A DNA stretch of 64,000 nucleotides from Eledone cirrhosa (lineage: Eukaryota), in assembly GCA_964016885.1 (NCBI GenBank), contig OZ024740.1:310186001-310250000 (forward strand), given 5' to 3'. The notes below the pieces were generated by a model, which saw only the letters and a program-made list of their open reading frames with translations, was not told where the DNA came from and ran no database searches. Positions within the stretch are counted from its first letter, which is position 1, and each line of letters starts with the position of its first letter. Below are positions 13,456 to 28,334 of this stretch, one piece after another. The translations under genes and the position numbers were made by a program.

Positions 13456-15512
13456 AATCAAGTAATTAAGTACAGCTTTGTTTATATCGTGAATTGACCA
13501 GTAGTCCGAATTTCGAATACGATATATAAAGTACCCATGTTTTTGAAAGTGTGTGAGGGGTGTATATATTATTGACGATTTCGAAGAGGTATGATAAACA
13601 TTTGAAACGCACATAATCTGCGACACTGAGACTCACAGAGGCGATGTCAAAGGATTGTGATATCACGATAGATGTCGTCCTGAGAAGGACCCGTCCAACC
13701 CATGCATGCGTGGAAAAGTGGGTGTTAAAACGATGATGATGCTGATGCTGCTGCTATTTCTGTCATCTATTGAAGACATCATGTGATCGTACCATTTTTA
13801 GTTTTTCTTGGATATTTAGAATATGTATCGCTCTCATATATATTGTTAATTTTGATTAAAATATTGTGATATTTGACACACCTTTTGCAATAATATATCT
13901 CCATATATTGAATTGTGTACTCATCTGAAAATGCTGGATTGGCAAAATACATCACAACTCATTTCCGTTCTCGGTGACTTGATTTGCTATGCATTATTTA
14001 TTTTCCCTTTAAATCCAGCTTCATGCCATTTGTATAATACTGATATCCTTTTGTAGGAAGATAAATTGAATATCGGTTAAATGAAAATGTGTTGCTAAAC
14101 AGATATTGAAGAAGTTTGTTTGCACACATAAATGCATCTACAGGAATATATTTTGTGTGTCTAATAAGATGAAATTCCTATGAACCTTTATATATATTGG
14201 ATACGTAGAAAATATACCAATGTTGATATGTACAACATCCTTGGAGATGTGATGAGAAAGATACCATGTATTAGAAATGTGAGAAGTACGATTTATGTGT
14301 CAGTTATACTGTTTTTCTTTTTTTTTTTTAGATTCTGAATTATTATACCATTTATCACAATACATACCATTTGCTCAGCATTGGAATCTTTATGGATTTA
14401 TTTTGAAATAGAGACGTTCGAAAAAACTAATGCAAATTACAAATGGTTTACCGCTAAGTTTTTGCAAAGAACAGACCTGTTTATCTTGTATTAAAACTCA
14501 GTAGTGTTCAAAACGTTTGTGACGGACATCGAGGGAAACGAGTATGCGACATAGATTTAGATCATGTTTAACTAATATTTTACGGGAGTATTCTCTTCGT
14601 TAGAGGGTTTAACAGATGTTTAGCTTTGTATGTGTATGGAGTTTAACAAATTGTGAAACATTTGTTCGTCTGATGCATGTCTGAATGTCTTCATTGGTGT
14701 GTGCATATGGATATGGATATATTTACAGTTATATATCCATGAAAATACAATACTTCAAAAAGTCGTTTAAATTTTGGCCTTTTAATAGGAGTCTTACGTT
14801 CTGGATAGAAAGGTAGAAATTAAATATCTTCATACATTTATGTTGGTATTTATATGCATTATCAAATGTAACATGAATTGTTTCAGTCAGAAATATGAAC
14901 AATTGGAGTAGGTGATATTCTAACAGTTTACACTCACATTAAGTGGAGTTTCCGTTATTTAATTGCGAAGATAATTTCAAATGACTAACTTTTCCACTCA
15001 CTGCGTTAAAATGTGGCAAACTCTAATTCATATATACAATGTAGGTAAATACTTGTGTGTGTATGGGGATGCGTGTATGTCTGTGATGCTGTATATGTGT
15101 ACGTGTGTGAGGTAATATAAAGTATGTGTGTATTTGTGTAAGGTTGCATGTGTGTAAGTGTGTGAGGTAATATATATTTAAAGCAAACGAGATATGCGAT
15201 TTCTTTAACGAGGAATTGTTTGAAAAGAAGATACCAAAGACAAAAAAGACGAACGCCCTATCATTAGCAACGTTTATTTAAAATATATCAACAACTTTTA
15301 CAAAATATTGAAGACATAATATTTTAAACGTCTAAAACCTCACAACCATATGTATTCAAAACAGAAACAAACACAGAAGCACAGATAAACACATACAGAC
15401 ATACAAACTCACACACACATACACAAGCACGCACACATACACACATACACTCACACAAACACACACACACACACAGAATACACAAACATATATATATATA
15501 TATATATATATA

Positions 15513-15688
15513 TAACGAAGGAAATGTGGTAAGGAACAAGATGGACCATAACGCACCAAAGTACTCAATACTTAGGGTAGTAGAGTGGGTAATAGGAACG
15601 AGTAGGACCTCGACGGCTAATTCTGGACGCAGAGTCCAGAATTAACCGTCAAAACGGCTTGAGCTCAGCCGTCGGGGTCCTACTCGTT

Positions 15689-15690
<2 letters not shown>
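15513..15690 (-). mobile_element. Family B ~200-bp hairpin element in (TA)n, copy 1
   Basis: Homologous to 16463-16662, 18641-18840 and 33226-33430. Hairpin around TTCTGGAC...GTCCAGAA. The main arm has a 23-bp deletion between GACGGCT direct repeats. Confidence 0.85.
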
Positions 15691-15759
<69 letters not shown>

Positions 15760-15763
<4 letters not shown>

Positions 15764-16409
15764 GTTTATATATATATATATACATATATACATATACGTG
15801 TTTTGCAACGGGTCACTTTGTGGCTCAATAAAAAGTTAATAAATTAAATAATCAGAGCTATATATCATAAAACATGTCTATAGAATCACCAGATAAAATA
15901 TATACCATTCCATCTCCCAATTAGCATAATTAACCATATAAAAAAACGAATAGACCAGGCTATAAGAATAAGGCTTCTATGAAGAAATCTCCAACAAATA
16001 ACAGAAACTAGCCCTTCGCGTCGGCTGCGACGGAATATTTATCGAATATTTCGACAGTGTAATCGCCCAGATATACAGTCAATTAAACAGAATTAGGTGT
16101 AAAATAAACTAGGAAAAAATAGAAGACATTTATTAACCTCGACCAAGGTTTCGTCCGCATTTTGAGATTTCCAATAGCTTCGGAAACTCGAGCACCGGAC
16201 ACTTCAGGAGTTTGCTCAAATCTAGACAAATTTTCTAAAGTGATCGCGCCAAGAATACATTAAAAAATGGTTAAGAATCGTGACGTAGCAGCGGTCAGGT
16301 TGGAAGGAGTATGGCTAGTTGCTTACGGCTGGTGGCTTTTTGCTAGAAAGCACAGCACAATACAGCCAAATTTGTATCTCAACCTAACGGGAGATTATTA
16401 CATATAAAG

Positions 16410-16420
<11 letters not shown>
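15760..16420 (-). mobile_element. Family A ~655-nt HHR-containing unit (retrozyme / PLE pLTR-like), one circularly permuted monomer
   Basis: Reverse complement of the unit in 16842-17756. Begins and ends with AAAGGTTTA(C/T)ATATA. HHR at 16135-16213 has CTGAAGT (A9 changed). Confidence 0.85.
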
Positions 16421-16462
<42 letters not shown>

Positions 16463-16465
<3 letters not shown>

Positions 16466-16661
16466 GAACCAGTAAGACCCCGACGGCTGAGCTCAAGCCG
16501 TTTCGACGGCTAATTCTGGACGCTAATCCAGAATTAGCCGTCGAAACGGCTTGAGCTCAGCCGTCGGGGTCTTACTGGTTCCTATTACCCACTCTACTAC
16601 CCTAAGTATTGAGTACTTTGGTGCGTTATGGTCCACCTGGTTCCTTACCCCATTTCCTTCG

Positions 16662-16662
<1 letters not shown>
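16463..16662 (+). mobile_element. Family B hairpin element, copy 2
   Basis: Perfect ~57-bp inverted arms (GGAACCAGTAAG...TCTGGA / TCCAGA...CTTACTGGTTCC), then a unique tail ending CCTTCGT-(TA)n. Confidence 0.9.
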
Positions 16663-16719
<57 letters not shown>

Positions 16720-16724
<5 letters not shown>

Positions 16725-17751
16725 TACATATACGTGTTTTGCAACGGGTCACTTTGTGGCTCAATGAAAAGTTAATAAATTAAATAATCAGAGCTATATA
16801 TCATAAAACATGTCTATAGAATCACCAGATTTTCTCCTTGTTTATTTTCTCCTAGTTTAATTTACACCTAATTCTGTTTAATTGACTGTATATCTGGGCG
16901 ATTACGCTGTCGAAATATTCGATAAATATTCCGTCGCAGCCGACGCGAAGGGCTAGTTTCGGTTATTTGTTGGAGATTTCTTCATAGAAGCCTTATTCTT
17001 ATAGCCTGGTCTATTCGATTTTTTATATGGTAAATTATGCTAATTGGGAGAGCAAATCGTATATATTTTATCTGGTGATTCTATAGACATGTTTTATGAT
17101 ATATTGCTCTGATTATTTAATTTATTAACTTTTCATTGAGCCACAAAGTGACCCGTTGCAAAACACGTATATGTATATATGTATATATATATATATATAT
17201 GTAAACCTTTATATGTAATAATCTCCCGTTAGGTTGAGATACAAATTTGGCTGTATTGTGCTGTGCTTTCTAGCAAAAAGCCACCAGCCGTAACCAACTA
17301 GCCACACTCCTTCCAACCTGACCGCTGCTACGTCACGATTCTTAGCCATTTTTTAATGTATTCTTGGCGCGATCACTTTGGAAAATTTATTGTCTAGATT
17401 TGAGAAAACTCCTGAAGAGTCCGGTGCTCGAGTTTCCGAAGCTATTGAAAATCTCAAAATGCGGACGAAACCATGGTCGAGGTAAATAAATGTCTTCTAT
17501 TTTCTCCTAGTTTATTTTACACCTAATTCTGTGTAATTGACTGTATATCTGGGCGATTACGCTGTCGAAATATTCGATAAATATTCCGTCGCAGCCGATG
17601 CGAAGGGCTAGTTTCTGCTATTTGTTGGAGATTTCTTCATAGAAGCCTTATTCTTATAGCCTGGTCTATTCGATTTTTTATATGGTTTATTATGCTAATT
17701 GGGAGAGGAAATGATATATATTTTATCTGGTGATTCTATAGACATGTTTTA

Positions 17752-17756
<5 letters not shown>
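16720..17756 (+). mobile_element. Family A element: ~1.4 tandem units of ~656 nt plus an inverted 5' segment (16720-16830)
   Basis: TATTTTCTCCTAG recurs at 16842 and 17498. 16728-16830 is the reverse complement of ~17070-17172. Flanked by (TA)n on both sides. Confidence 0.9.
17406..17484 (+). ncRNA. Type-I hammerhead ribozyme, canonical core
   Basis: aaaCTC-CTGAAGA-GTCCG...CGGAC-GAAA-CCATGG-TC-GAGgt, followed by AATAAA. Palindromic stem III, GUC triplet. Confidence 0.85.
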
Positions 17757-17840
<84 letters not shown>

Positions 17841-18156
17841 TTTGATTGACATGATAGGAGGCCGGACTGGTGAAGTTACCTTAAAGCTTTATTGTTGTAA
17901 TAACATATACATGTGTTTCAATGGCCAGGTTAAGTAAAATTTTGGCGCACTATTAGTTCCGTATTGCATTATTAGTTACTCAATAAAAGAATTACGACTG
18001 ACAAAAAAAAACCCAAAGAAAATATAAGCAGAGAAAATAGCGAAGATTTTGAAAATATTTGATTCAGAGTTGGCCTACTGAGTATGTATTATCGCTGACA
18101 TGTCCCATCACGGATATATATATATATATGTAAATATGTACATATATATATATATC

Positions 18157-18550
18157 AATGAATAAAGATTTACAATAGATTAGAAGCAGTCCACATATTG
18201 GTTTTCCGGAGTTATTAATATTAATTCAAAATATTAACAAATATAGACATTCGTGTGATCAAGTATATTTTATTATACATATCTCAGGGGTACTGAGCTA
18301 TCTTCAACAGTACGTTCTCATCAGATAAAATAAGATGATGCTTGACATACCTTGACTATGTAGATGGTTAAAATTCAGTCATGACCTACCATGACTGAAT
18401 TTTAACCATCTACATAGTCATGGTATGTCAAGCATCATCTTATTTTATTTGATGAGAACGTACTGTTGAAGATAGCTCAGTACCCCTGAAATATGTATAA
18501 TAAAATATACTTGATCACACAAATGTCTATATTTGTTAATATTTTGAATT

Positions 18551-18553
<3 letters not shown>
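18157..18553 (-). mobile_element. Family C fold-back element with an HHR in each arm, copy 1
   Basis: Inverted arms of ~163 bp (18221-18383 / 18390-18552). HHRs at 18266-18332 (-; CTGATGA..GAGA) and 18441-18507 (+; TTGATGA..GAAA-TATGTA-TA) with an 8-bp stem I TATTTTAT/ATAAAATA. Flanked by (TA)n. Confidence 0.85.
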
Positions 18554-19007
<454 letters not shown>

Positions 19008-19367
19008 CTTAGGGTAAGCATGATACAATTCAATTCAAGCACTCAGCGTACTTTTTGGACATGGGAATGATGGAGTATATTTAGAATAAGAAAATGCGAA
19101 CTAATTTCAGATGTTAAAGTCCTTTATTGATAAGGGAACGGACAAATATGATTTTCTTGAAGTCTTCCCCCATTCCTTTGTCGTTTTAATTTAGATTGCC
19201 TCGGGAAGGTAACCTTATTATGTAAGAAGCTGTCTGATGAGATCATATCACAGTGGCCACACATTTGTGCGTACCCACTGTCGTCATTGAAATGTGTATT
19301 ACAGCCTTATCAATAAAGGGCTAACATTCGAATCTACTTCGCATGTTCTGATTCTCTCTCTCTATTT

Positions 19368-19405
<38 letters not shown>

Positions 19406-20086
19406 TTATATATACGATATTAATAAATGGAAACTATATTTATAAAACCATATTTATTTCATTATACATATTTCAGGGATACCACATTAAATTATGGTAT
19501 GCCTTCATCAGACAAAATACAATATATAACAGTTTTACAAATAGGTTTGACGTACCCTTTAAAATACAACCATTACTTTTGGAGGCTGATATATATATAT
19601 CACACGGTAAAGAGAGAGAGAAAGAGATATAGAGAGAGAATGTGATGATCGTGATGTTGATGGACGTGAAAATGAATATTCCTTACTGTATTTATATGAA
19701 GTTTCACCTGTTTACTGACTGGATCAACAGACAATACTCATGATCTTGTCCATTACACAGGAGAAACTCCAGAATAATATTCATCTCCTACTTACAATAA
19801 AAAATAATATATATATGTATGTGTGTTTGCGCATACACGGGTGTGAGTGGGTGTATAAAAACCTACGTTTCCGTGTTTGTATTTAGATCAGCATCAGGTT
19901 TTTATAATTATCTATATATATTCTGATCATTTTAAGATTTCAAATTAAAGGATATTCGTTTTTGATACACCAATCAGACAGGATTTCAATTAAGCTGGTA
20001 ATAGTATGGATCTGAATATGGCGACACGTTTAGTCTGAAGTTGTTTCGAGCAACACATAATAATTATTTCTGCAAGTGCATATATT

Positions 20087-20245
20087 TCCTCAGGGCATTA
20101 CTGATGATTTATTTTATCGACCCCGTAAGGAGGGAAGGGAAAGCCAACGTCGGCAGGATCTTAACTCAGAACGCAAAGGGCCATAACTCTATGCTGAAAC
20201 GTGTGGTGTCTGACGTTCTATCAATACTGCTAATCCACCGGCCAA
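20087..20245 (-). mobile_element. tRNA-derived SINE, diverged
   Basis: TTTATCGACCCCGTAAGG...AACTCAGAAC is the reverse complement of the SINE core and head. Confidence 0.75.
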
Positions 20246-20869
20246 CACATAGTAATACGTAATAATTGTATTGTAATAACAAAATAACGAAAGACATTCC
20301 AGCCGCAGCGTTCCGGAATTGTTTTACATCTAGATGAAATAATTTTGTTTAATCTTCTTCGAAATTATGTTACGATCTTCGGTAATTATATAATTTGAAC
20401 ACTAAATGTAAAAACGTACTCCATTGTCCTACACAAAATAAGATAGGAAACCATAAAACTATAAAACAAACGACATTGAAAGCTTCACGACATAATGAAA
20501 ACAAAAATCGGTCAGTGCATTCTATCAATTGAGATAAAACTTAAATTGACATCTGATATATAATAATGCCTGTATTTTTACTTATCGAATTTGATATTAC
20601 TAATTTCTTTATTGGTCAGACTACGATGGTGATATCTAAACCAGTATTATCAGTATTTATGTTATTGCGAGCGTAAAAATGTACAGAATGAGGAGTGTTA
20701 AATAATTTGTATTTGTGATGTTAGTTTGGCACTCTGTTTTATTTTATTCCAATTCCAATCTTTATTATGCATAGTTTCACTAATATTACATTAATAATTT
20801 ATTTTCTTAAAGCAAGTTTAAGTAAATGGTCTATGCATGATGAAGAATATTTAGTCGGCGATGATACGT

Positions 20870-21400
20870 CCGGGATAACAAGAAAACAGTTCGTCTCCGA
20901 ACTGAAATTCGATAATACTTCTACATATCTTTGCCAGACACTTAGCATAGATTGTATTAGTTAGTCTTAACAAGGAGATTACTCTATAGTTGGAGCAATC
21001 CCGTCTTTTCCCTTTTTTGCAATCGTGATTATCACTACATTCTTTTGATGCTTTTCTCGAGGTCCACACCACCCGTCATGCACAAGTCTGGAAAAAATAT
21101 ACCTTCCTTATTTAATGCTATGCCATCTCGGACCTAATATCTACCTCCACGGAAAACTTAATGTTGTGACATTATTTAAGAGATCGATAAATTATTCTCT
21201 TTGCCTTGCGAGGATGCACCTCTCTTTAGAGGGAAGCACTTTTGATTTCCTGATACCAGGCGTGGAGGAGGAATTCTTATTACGAAGTTAGCTGATAGTC
21301 TGCCGAAATGTAATATTTTGGATAGTGGATGTCTAACTCTAGCAATGAACAACCTTGATTCACATGCGTAGTCTGATTGGAAGTGATAAAAAACCCGGAT
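20870..21400 (-). mobile_element. Decayed RTE-type LINE fragment
   Basis: Minus-strand translation KKGKRRDCSNYRVISLL resembles the KKGD..C.NYRGISLL motif at the start of non-LTR RT domains. Many stops. Confidence 0.6.
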
Positions 21401-24339
21401 AATATAGCATCAGCTGCTTGATATTTACAGGTGACAGTGATCTAACTCATTGAAAAGTGATCCGGTCATGCACTGGATAGGTTTGCTTCCAATTGCTACA
21501 AGGCAGAACTGAAAACCTATGCCCCGAGAGAGAAAGTTTTAGTAATGCGTTCTGCATGAGTGTTGAGTTACACTACAATAATGAGTCTGCATCAGCATTC
21601 GGTCATTTTTATTACGGTGTTCTGGCCTACCATTACATATGGTCATGAATCTTTTGTATTGACTAAATGCATTCGGCCGAAATGGGGTCTCGTCGTATAG
21701 TCTTTGGAGTAATGTTACACGATAGGTTGCATAGCCCATAACTAAAGGAGTCGCTCCAGTTACAACAACAATTTTGCATCGAGATATCGCAGTTGTGGTT
21801 ATGGGGTTAGAATGTTTGAGGAAATAATCGCAGGGCAGATTTTACAGGCAAAATAACAGGCTGTACATCCAGAGGTAACTCCTTAGAAAGATGATCGTGT
21901 AAAATCTGTAACCTCGGTTGTTCTTACTTGGTGATCTAACCGGATCATTTAGAGGCTGTTGCTTCTGAAAGTAGCTTATTGAACCATGTTTAATGACTTT
22001 GACCCCACGACCGTGTCAGCTAATGATGCACTGACGTAAAATTCATCTTTTAGCAAGTTACATTTAATAAGAAAATATTACACTTTGATCTCAGGCAAAA
22101 GGCAAAGACCTTTAATTCGTGAAACTGACTTATGCTCTCAACCTGAAAATGATGATTCAAATCTATTTATAAACATATTGAAACGCACTCCATCAATGTT
22201 ACATTTAAATGTTTTAATGGGTAAATGATAGTAGTGAATATGTAATAAATGACAGTAATTTACAAATATATAACATAATTATTTACATATCGTTGGTAGA
22301 TTTAAATGTAATTATCCATATGCCGGAAATTGTTTCATAGCAAAACTGCAAGTTCCATAAACATTACCTTGTTTTAATCGATACATTAAGATTGTTTTTA
22401 TTTCTTTTCTTCTATTATCTTGCATCTGCTGCTGCCACTCTGTTGTTTGACAGCAGACTACATCTTTACTGCCTCCGTACAGTGGCAAGAAATGAATAAT
22501 CTTTGCAAATTGTTATATGCATGTTCGTGTGTAATTGCGTTGAACGTTTACCTTTCAGTATGGAGATATCAAATACATATTCATCAGGTTGAAATATGGG
22601 AACTGATCAATCTGATTGATGTAACGATCGAGAAACCATGAATACAGATCTCTGTAAGCATGGGTGTTAAAATCCACTATATTGATACTTATACATGCAA
22701 AATAAGAAATAAAATGAAGAACAAAAACAAAGAACTAGAAAAATATGAAGCATTAAACAATGTGCATCATCATATTTTTATTGCCTTCTCCCTTGTATCA
22801 GATTTTAATAAATGTTGTTTGCAACGAAGCCCAATGTTATACTGCGCAATCATCAGAATCAATTTCGGTACGACACCGTAATTTAGCTTATTTCAAACTC
22901 GAAGTTCAGCCAAATGTAATAAACAATTCAAAGCAAGTCCAGGAATTCTAAGCAGGAGAAATCTGGCTGAAATATTTAAAGTGACAGCATTTGCCAAACG
23001 AAGATGGTTAAGCTATAGAATCTGCGAGATTATCAAACTCTAAATATACAGAGCGGAATATATAAATGGCATTTCTATATAAAGTATATTCTCAAGACAT
23101 TCAGTTATTTTTAATTGTTCTCCCTTTATCTAGAGAGTCCATAATTATTCCTGATAAAGAATAAAAATGGCTCATGCAATATTAATGAGTCAAATGTTCA
23201 GCACGCCACTGTGATTTGTTTAAAATATTTCCCTCCATAGAATATATAGCTACGATTATATAGAAGAATATGTTAATTATAAATACGCCCATATCTTCTA
23301 AAAACAACTTACTCTAAAAGCTATAGAGAATGAATACAGGTTGATTAGTGTCTGGAGTTTAACAAAGAAATATGAATACAAAATGACAGTATGAAAAATG
23401 TATTTCTAAATAAAGGCATTCAAACATCTAAAAACAGACCTAAACATGAACAAATTTTTCCTAATGGTAATGTACACATATATTGCCAACCGCACACTGA
23501 AATAAACAAAACGTATAGTCTCATATAGAAAGAATATATTTACCACTAAGACGAAGATCATAGTGGCTTAATACAACAGAGCATCTCTAACTTAATATAC
23601 ACAGAAAGGCTAAAACATAATTAGTAAAGTATAATGCCATACTAATAAACTAACACAGCACACACAAAAGAGAAATCTTATTTCTACATTCACATATGCA
23701 AACAATCACGATTCAGCCGTTGAAATTACATCCATATGTAAGAAGAAACGCCAAGTAACGATGAAAATTATGAATCATTTAACAACTAAGGTTAAGATAA
23801 AACTACAAAATGGCAAACGATAATACTAAATACATGAAAAGAAATTAAGAGGAAATTTATGAGGGAATAAAAACAAGGGTGAAAAACGAAGGATTCAAAA
23901 CAGAGAAAATTGTACCTAATTCCAACACAAGTCTAAATCAGTTCTGTCAAATTACAACACAGACATAGAAGTAATTAAATGGGCTGGGGAGAAGCAATGA
24001 ACCATGCTATCTAAATCGATGCGATTTTAACAAAGGAAGAGAACATTTTCACTCCAGAAGGTGTTGTGGTATCATACACGGACAGTGACACCCGAATTGG
24101 AATATACTTGCATAAGGGGAAAATGCATAAACGCCTGGCTAGGGAAATTCTCTGAGAGTGCCAAAAAACTAATATCCTGAAATACGTCAACCCTAAAAGG
24201 GAGTGAAACCACACTTGATCGACAGTATGAGAAGAGGCATGTCGGATTGCTGCAGGAGAAAATATTAGGTGAATGAAGTCGAAAAAAATGAAGACCCTAA
24301 AACGCTTTCACTACTACAAGCTCTAATAATGGTTTCTGA

Positions 24340-24545
24340 TGTAGACATAAGACCAACAATTTTTTTTCGGGGGGTGGGGTCGATTAAATCGACCCAGTGT
24401 ATTGTTGGTACACGATTTTATCGGCCCAGTAATGATGAAAAGCAGAGACAACTTCTACAGGATATTAACCCAGCATGTGAAGGGACGTATCAATATGCCG
24501 CAAAGCATATTGTCCGACGCTCCACCTATACTGCCAGTCCACGAC
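24340..24545 (-). mobile_element. tRNA-derived SINE, diverged
   Basis: GTCGATTAAATCGACCCAGTG...TTTTATCGGCCC...GATGAAAAGCAGAG matches the reverse complement of the family. Confidence 0.65.
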
Positions 24546-24846
24546 CTGTACAAATATTTGTACTAATACTAATTTTTTATTGGAATAGTGCTATGCAGTT
24601 CATAAAATATTAACATTTCAATTAAATGAATGTGTCTGAAGTAGTACAACTCCCTCTTTGATGGAAATGGGAACGAAAACGCTCGTGATAAAAGTTAGAA
24701 GTAAGTGGATTGTGATGGGAAAGTGCTATTCTGTCTCATGTCTGAACATATTATAGAAAATACTTATTCAGATATTTGTGGGTGAAGCATATATTTTTGT
24801 TCTGCAGGGTGGAATGCAATCGAGGGAACAAAAATGGATGTAGGAA

Positions 24847-25172
24847 AGGCGGTCGATTGGCAGAATCGGTAGAGCGTTGGACAACATGCTTCGTGGCATA
24901 GAGTTTTGGCTCTCTTCGTTCTGAGTTCAAATCCAGGCGATTTTAGCTTTGCCTCTCATCCATATGTGGTCGATAAGATGAAGTATCACCGCGCATTGGG
25001 TTCGATTTAATCGACTTTCCTCTCCTCCCATATTGCTCAAATCCCGCTGAAGTTAGCTTTGCCTATCATCCTTACGGGCTCGATAAAATAAGGTACTAGT
25101 CACGCACTGGGTCGACGTAATCGATATTCCCCTCCCTCATATTGCTGGCAGTGGACCTAAAGCAGAACCCAT
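24847..25172 (+). mobile_element. tRNA-derived SINE with internally duplicated core
   Basis: Head TGGCAGAATCGG...GTTCAAATCC, then TTAGCTTTGCCT..CATCC..TCGATAA occurs twice. Confidence 0.75.
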
Positions 25173-25599
25173 TACTTGTCAATTATACATGTAACATTGA
25201 CACTTTGGGATTTAAAATCCGTTACAGATTTGGAAAGCATGTGTCATTCAAAAACCATCTCCTATTTATGGATGACCTGAAACTATTTCGGAAGCATGTA
25301 CATGGTAGACACATTAGGTAAAACAGACCTGATATGTTGCAGTGACATAGGCGTGGAATTTTTGTTTTCCAAATGCGCTGTGCTTAATAAGGAAAGAATG
25401 AAGAAAGCAGCATGTGGCACAATATGGCTGTTATCTGGAGAAGCCATGGAGGAAAGAGAAGGTAATGGATACAAATATTAGAGGATGATATTCAGCATGC
25501 TGATATAAAAGAAAAGATTAGAGAGACATATTAAACGACTATGAAATAGGGTTAGGTAATAATATAGTTAGGGTGGTAATAATTAAGTAAGAATAATTC

Positions 25600-26400
25600 A
25601 AATAATATTAAATCGATCTGAAAAATGCATATAACACAGAACTAGACAAGTGGATGAAGCGTTTTTCTAGAAAATCAAGATCAGGGCAAAAGCTTAATAG
25701 CTGCTAGATGGTAAATCTGACATTCGATAGATGAAATATCGGCGGAGGGGGTGGAATTAGTAAATGTACAAATGTGAAGAGTAATTATTCAAGGAGACAG
25801 GGTCTTTTCTATCTTGTACCATTCACTGCGAAAGAATATGTGAAAAGCAACTCAACTCTTTTTATGGAAAATTTAAATCACTATAACAATACCAAGAGAT
25901 GCATTAGATCAATCAATACTTAAACAAAGAGGAAAACATTTGATGTTATAGCTAAATATCGCCAATTAGACGCTAGCCTAAACTGCATGAGAAAACAGTA
26001 CAAAATAAAAGTAAATTAACTCTAAACTTAATAGTAACCATAATCATAACTTATGGATAAATCACATTTGAAGTAAACGAAGGAGGTAGGAGTTTAATAT
26101 GCGTAGAACAATTATTTGAGGACTACAACATATTTCGTGATTAATAATGAGAAACTAATAAACGTAACAAGAACACGACAAAAATATAAAAAGAAATTAA
26201 CAAATAGAAAATCCATGATAAAATAACTAATTGCCATGAGGGGAAAGAGGAAAAAATAGCAAAACTTGTAAAAAGGTAAAAAAATCTAATAATCTGAACT
26301 AAAATTGTTACAACAAAACAGAATTATATCTAGATGTTGAGAGAAGCTTCCAAATGGCTAATACCAGAAACACAAACTTTATGAGGTGGAGACTAACAAG
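25600..26400 (+). mobile_element. Heavily decayed R4/Dong-like LINE fragment
   Basis: Remnants such as GIIQGD-like, LFMENL (LFMDDL-like) and EGGRSLICVE (EGGRGL-like) across broken frames. Confidence 0.4.
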
Positions 26401-26558
26401 GAAAATATGAAGCACTATTTAAGAAGTGTAGGATCCAACTTTAAGATGATAGTTTTGTTCACTGCTTACCTTACACATGGTGTGACAACCATAGCGCCCT
26501 TCTTCTCCCAAAACGTGACCTATTCTTATACTTTATTATTATCAAGAACCAATAATAG

Positions 26559-26604
<46 letters not shown>

Positions 26605-28334
26605 GTTTGTATATGTATAATAAAGCCAAAACAATGCAGGTATGGACATAGAATAAAGAATGCAAATGCAAAAGATATTGTTGACAATTAGTCTTTTACC
26701 TTAGATTTATTTATAATATCTCTTCTTCGGAGGGAAGTAAAGCGGTTAAACCAGTGTTCTAAATAGCTTGCCAAGTCATGCTGACAGGATTCATGTACTA
26801 AAACATCTTATGAAAACAAATTAACTAATATATATGAATCGGGCTAATGACATCATATATTTTCAGGTAAAATCTTATTTTAATACGAACTTCATATTCT
26901 TTCAGTATGTTGTGTTTCAATCCGTTGGGAAAATGAAATTAAATTGAATTATATATTATTGAATGTTGAAATTCCTTCACTGCTTTCAGAATATATCGTT
27001 AATGATGAATCGCAACCACTTTAAAAGGAAATAGATCTATTTCATTTCAACTTTAGAAAAGCAACAATCATTTATTAAAGCTGTCCTGTCTATATTCTAT
27101 GCTACACCTATCACAATGCTTCTGGTATACCATGTAAATGCGTAACAAAAACATTTTTGAAGACAGTAATATAGTGAACCACAAATTCTAACACTAAATT
27201 ATATATGAATTATGCCATCAGTGTGTTGTCGTTCTTACATAATATTATAGTTTGATTTAAGCAATGTTTAGCGGCATAACTATAGATATTTCAGCAGGAA
27301 AATGTATTTTCTTCACAACGGATTATTCATGAAATATGATCGGAATTCGCAAAACGTGTATTTATATTAACATGTAATTTGAAGATATCAGATAGAACTG
27401 GTAAATAATGTCTCTTTAAAAGATATTTATGGATGAATATAGAAAAAATGAAAAATATATTTACTGTTTAAAACAAATGACGTACACGAGATGATTGCAT
27501 ACAGAAAATATATATTCCCATTTGCAAAATTGAACCGGATTCTTCAGGATTTTATATATACCATTCTATTTTTCACACCAAGAATGTTTTCTTGAAATTC
27601 AGCAAAAATGTTAGATGGTATTGATATTGCTTTAATTGCATCTAGTTAGACACTGGCTAGTAAGCATCAATGCCCTGCATGATGACATATGACTGCTTAC
27701 ACAATCACTGGTTTAAATGAAATATAGGTGCTTAAATCATTTTCGGTGGTCTTGTAAAAAATAAAAAGTATCGTGAATGTAAGAAATGGAAGCGGCAAGA
27801 AATTCGTTTCAATGAGGTCGTATTTATTTCATGTGATAATTGTTTTGAATAAACTTAAACCTCTCATTCAAATTCAAAATTAGCGCTTTCCAAACAAAGA
27901 TTGCCATCATTTACTACATAAAAATAACAAAATACAAATATTCCCAATCTAAATTATCAAGCTTTTTATAGATGAATATTATTATCATTCAAATTTGAGA
28001 CTTTTAGTGAAACATTAGAAACAAAACCAGGATTAGGTTTTTATTCCTAACATTTTGATCAACTACAACAACAGTAATTTTTTTTCTCATATCACTTGAT
28101 ATCCACAGAGTTGCTGTAACGAGAGGAGCTAAGATCGATTTATATTTGACAGATACAGGACGATGAATTGATGGAGATATGAGATTGAAAAGTGATATTG
28201 GATTAAAACAAAGACACCTAGATTCAATGTTTTGGAATTCAATTTCAATTGACTAACCACAACATCAAAAACGTATAGTTGTTATTAAAGAATTATTTAA
28301 CAAGTCTTTGTAAATCATTATTATCATATAATAA

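Noticed and set aside
16524-16565. HHR inside family B (GAAACGGC..GAGCTC)
   Set aside because: Only the GAAAC half is present, with no CUGANGA in any copy. It may be a truncated ribozyme, but this cannot be supported.
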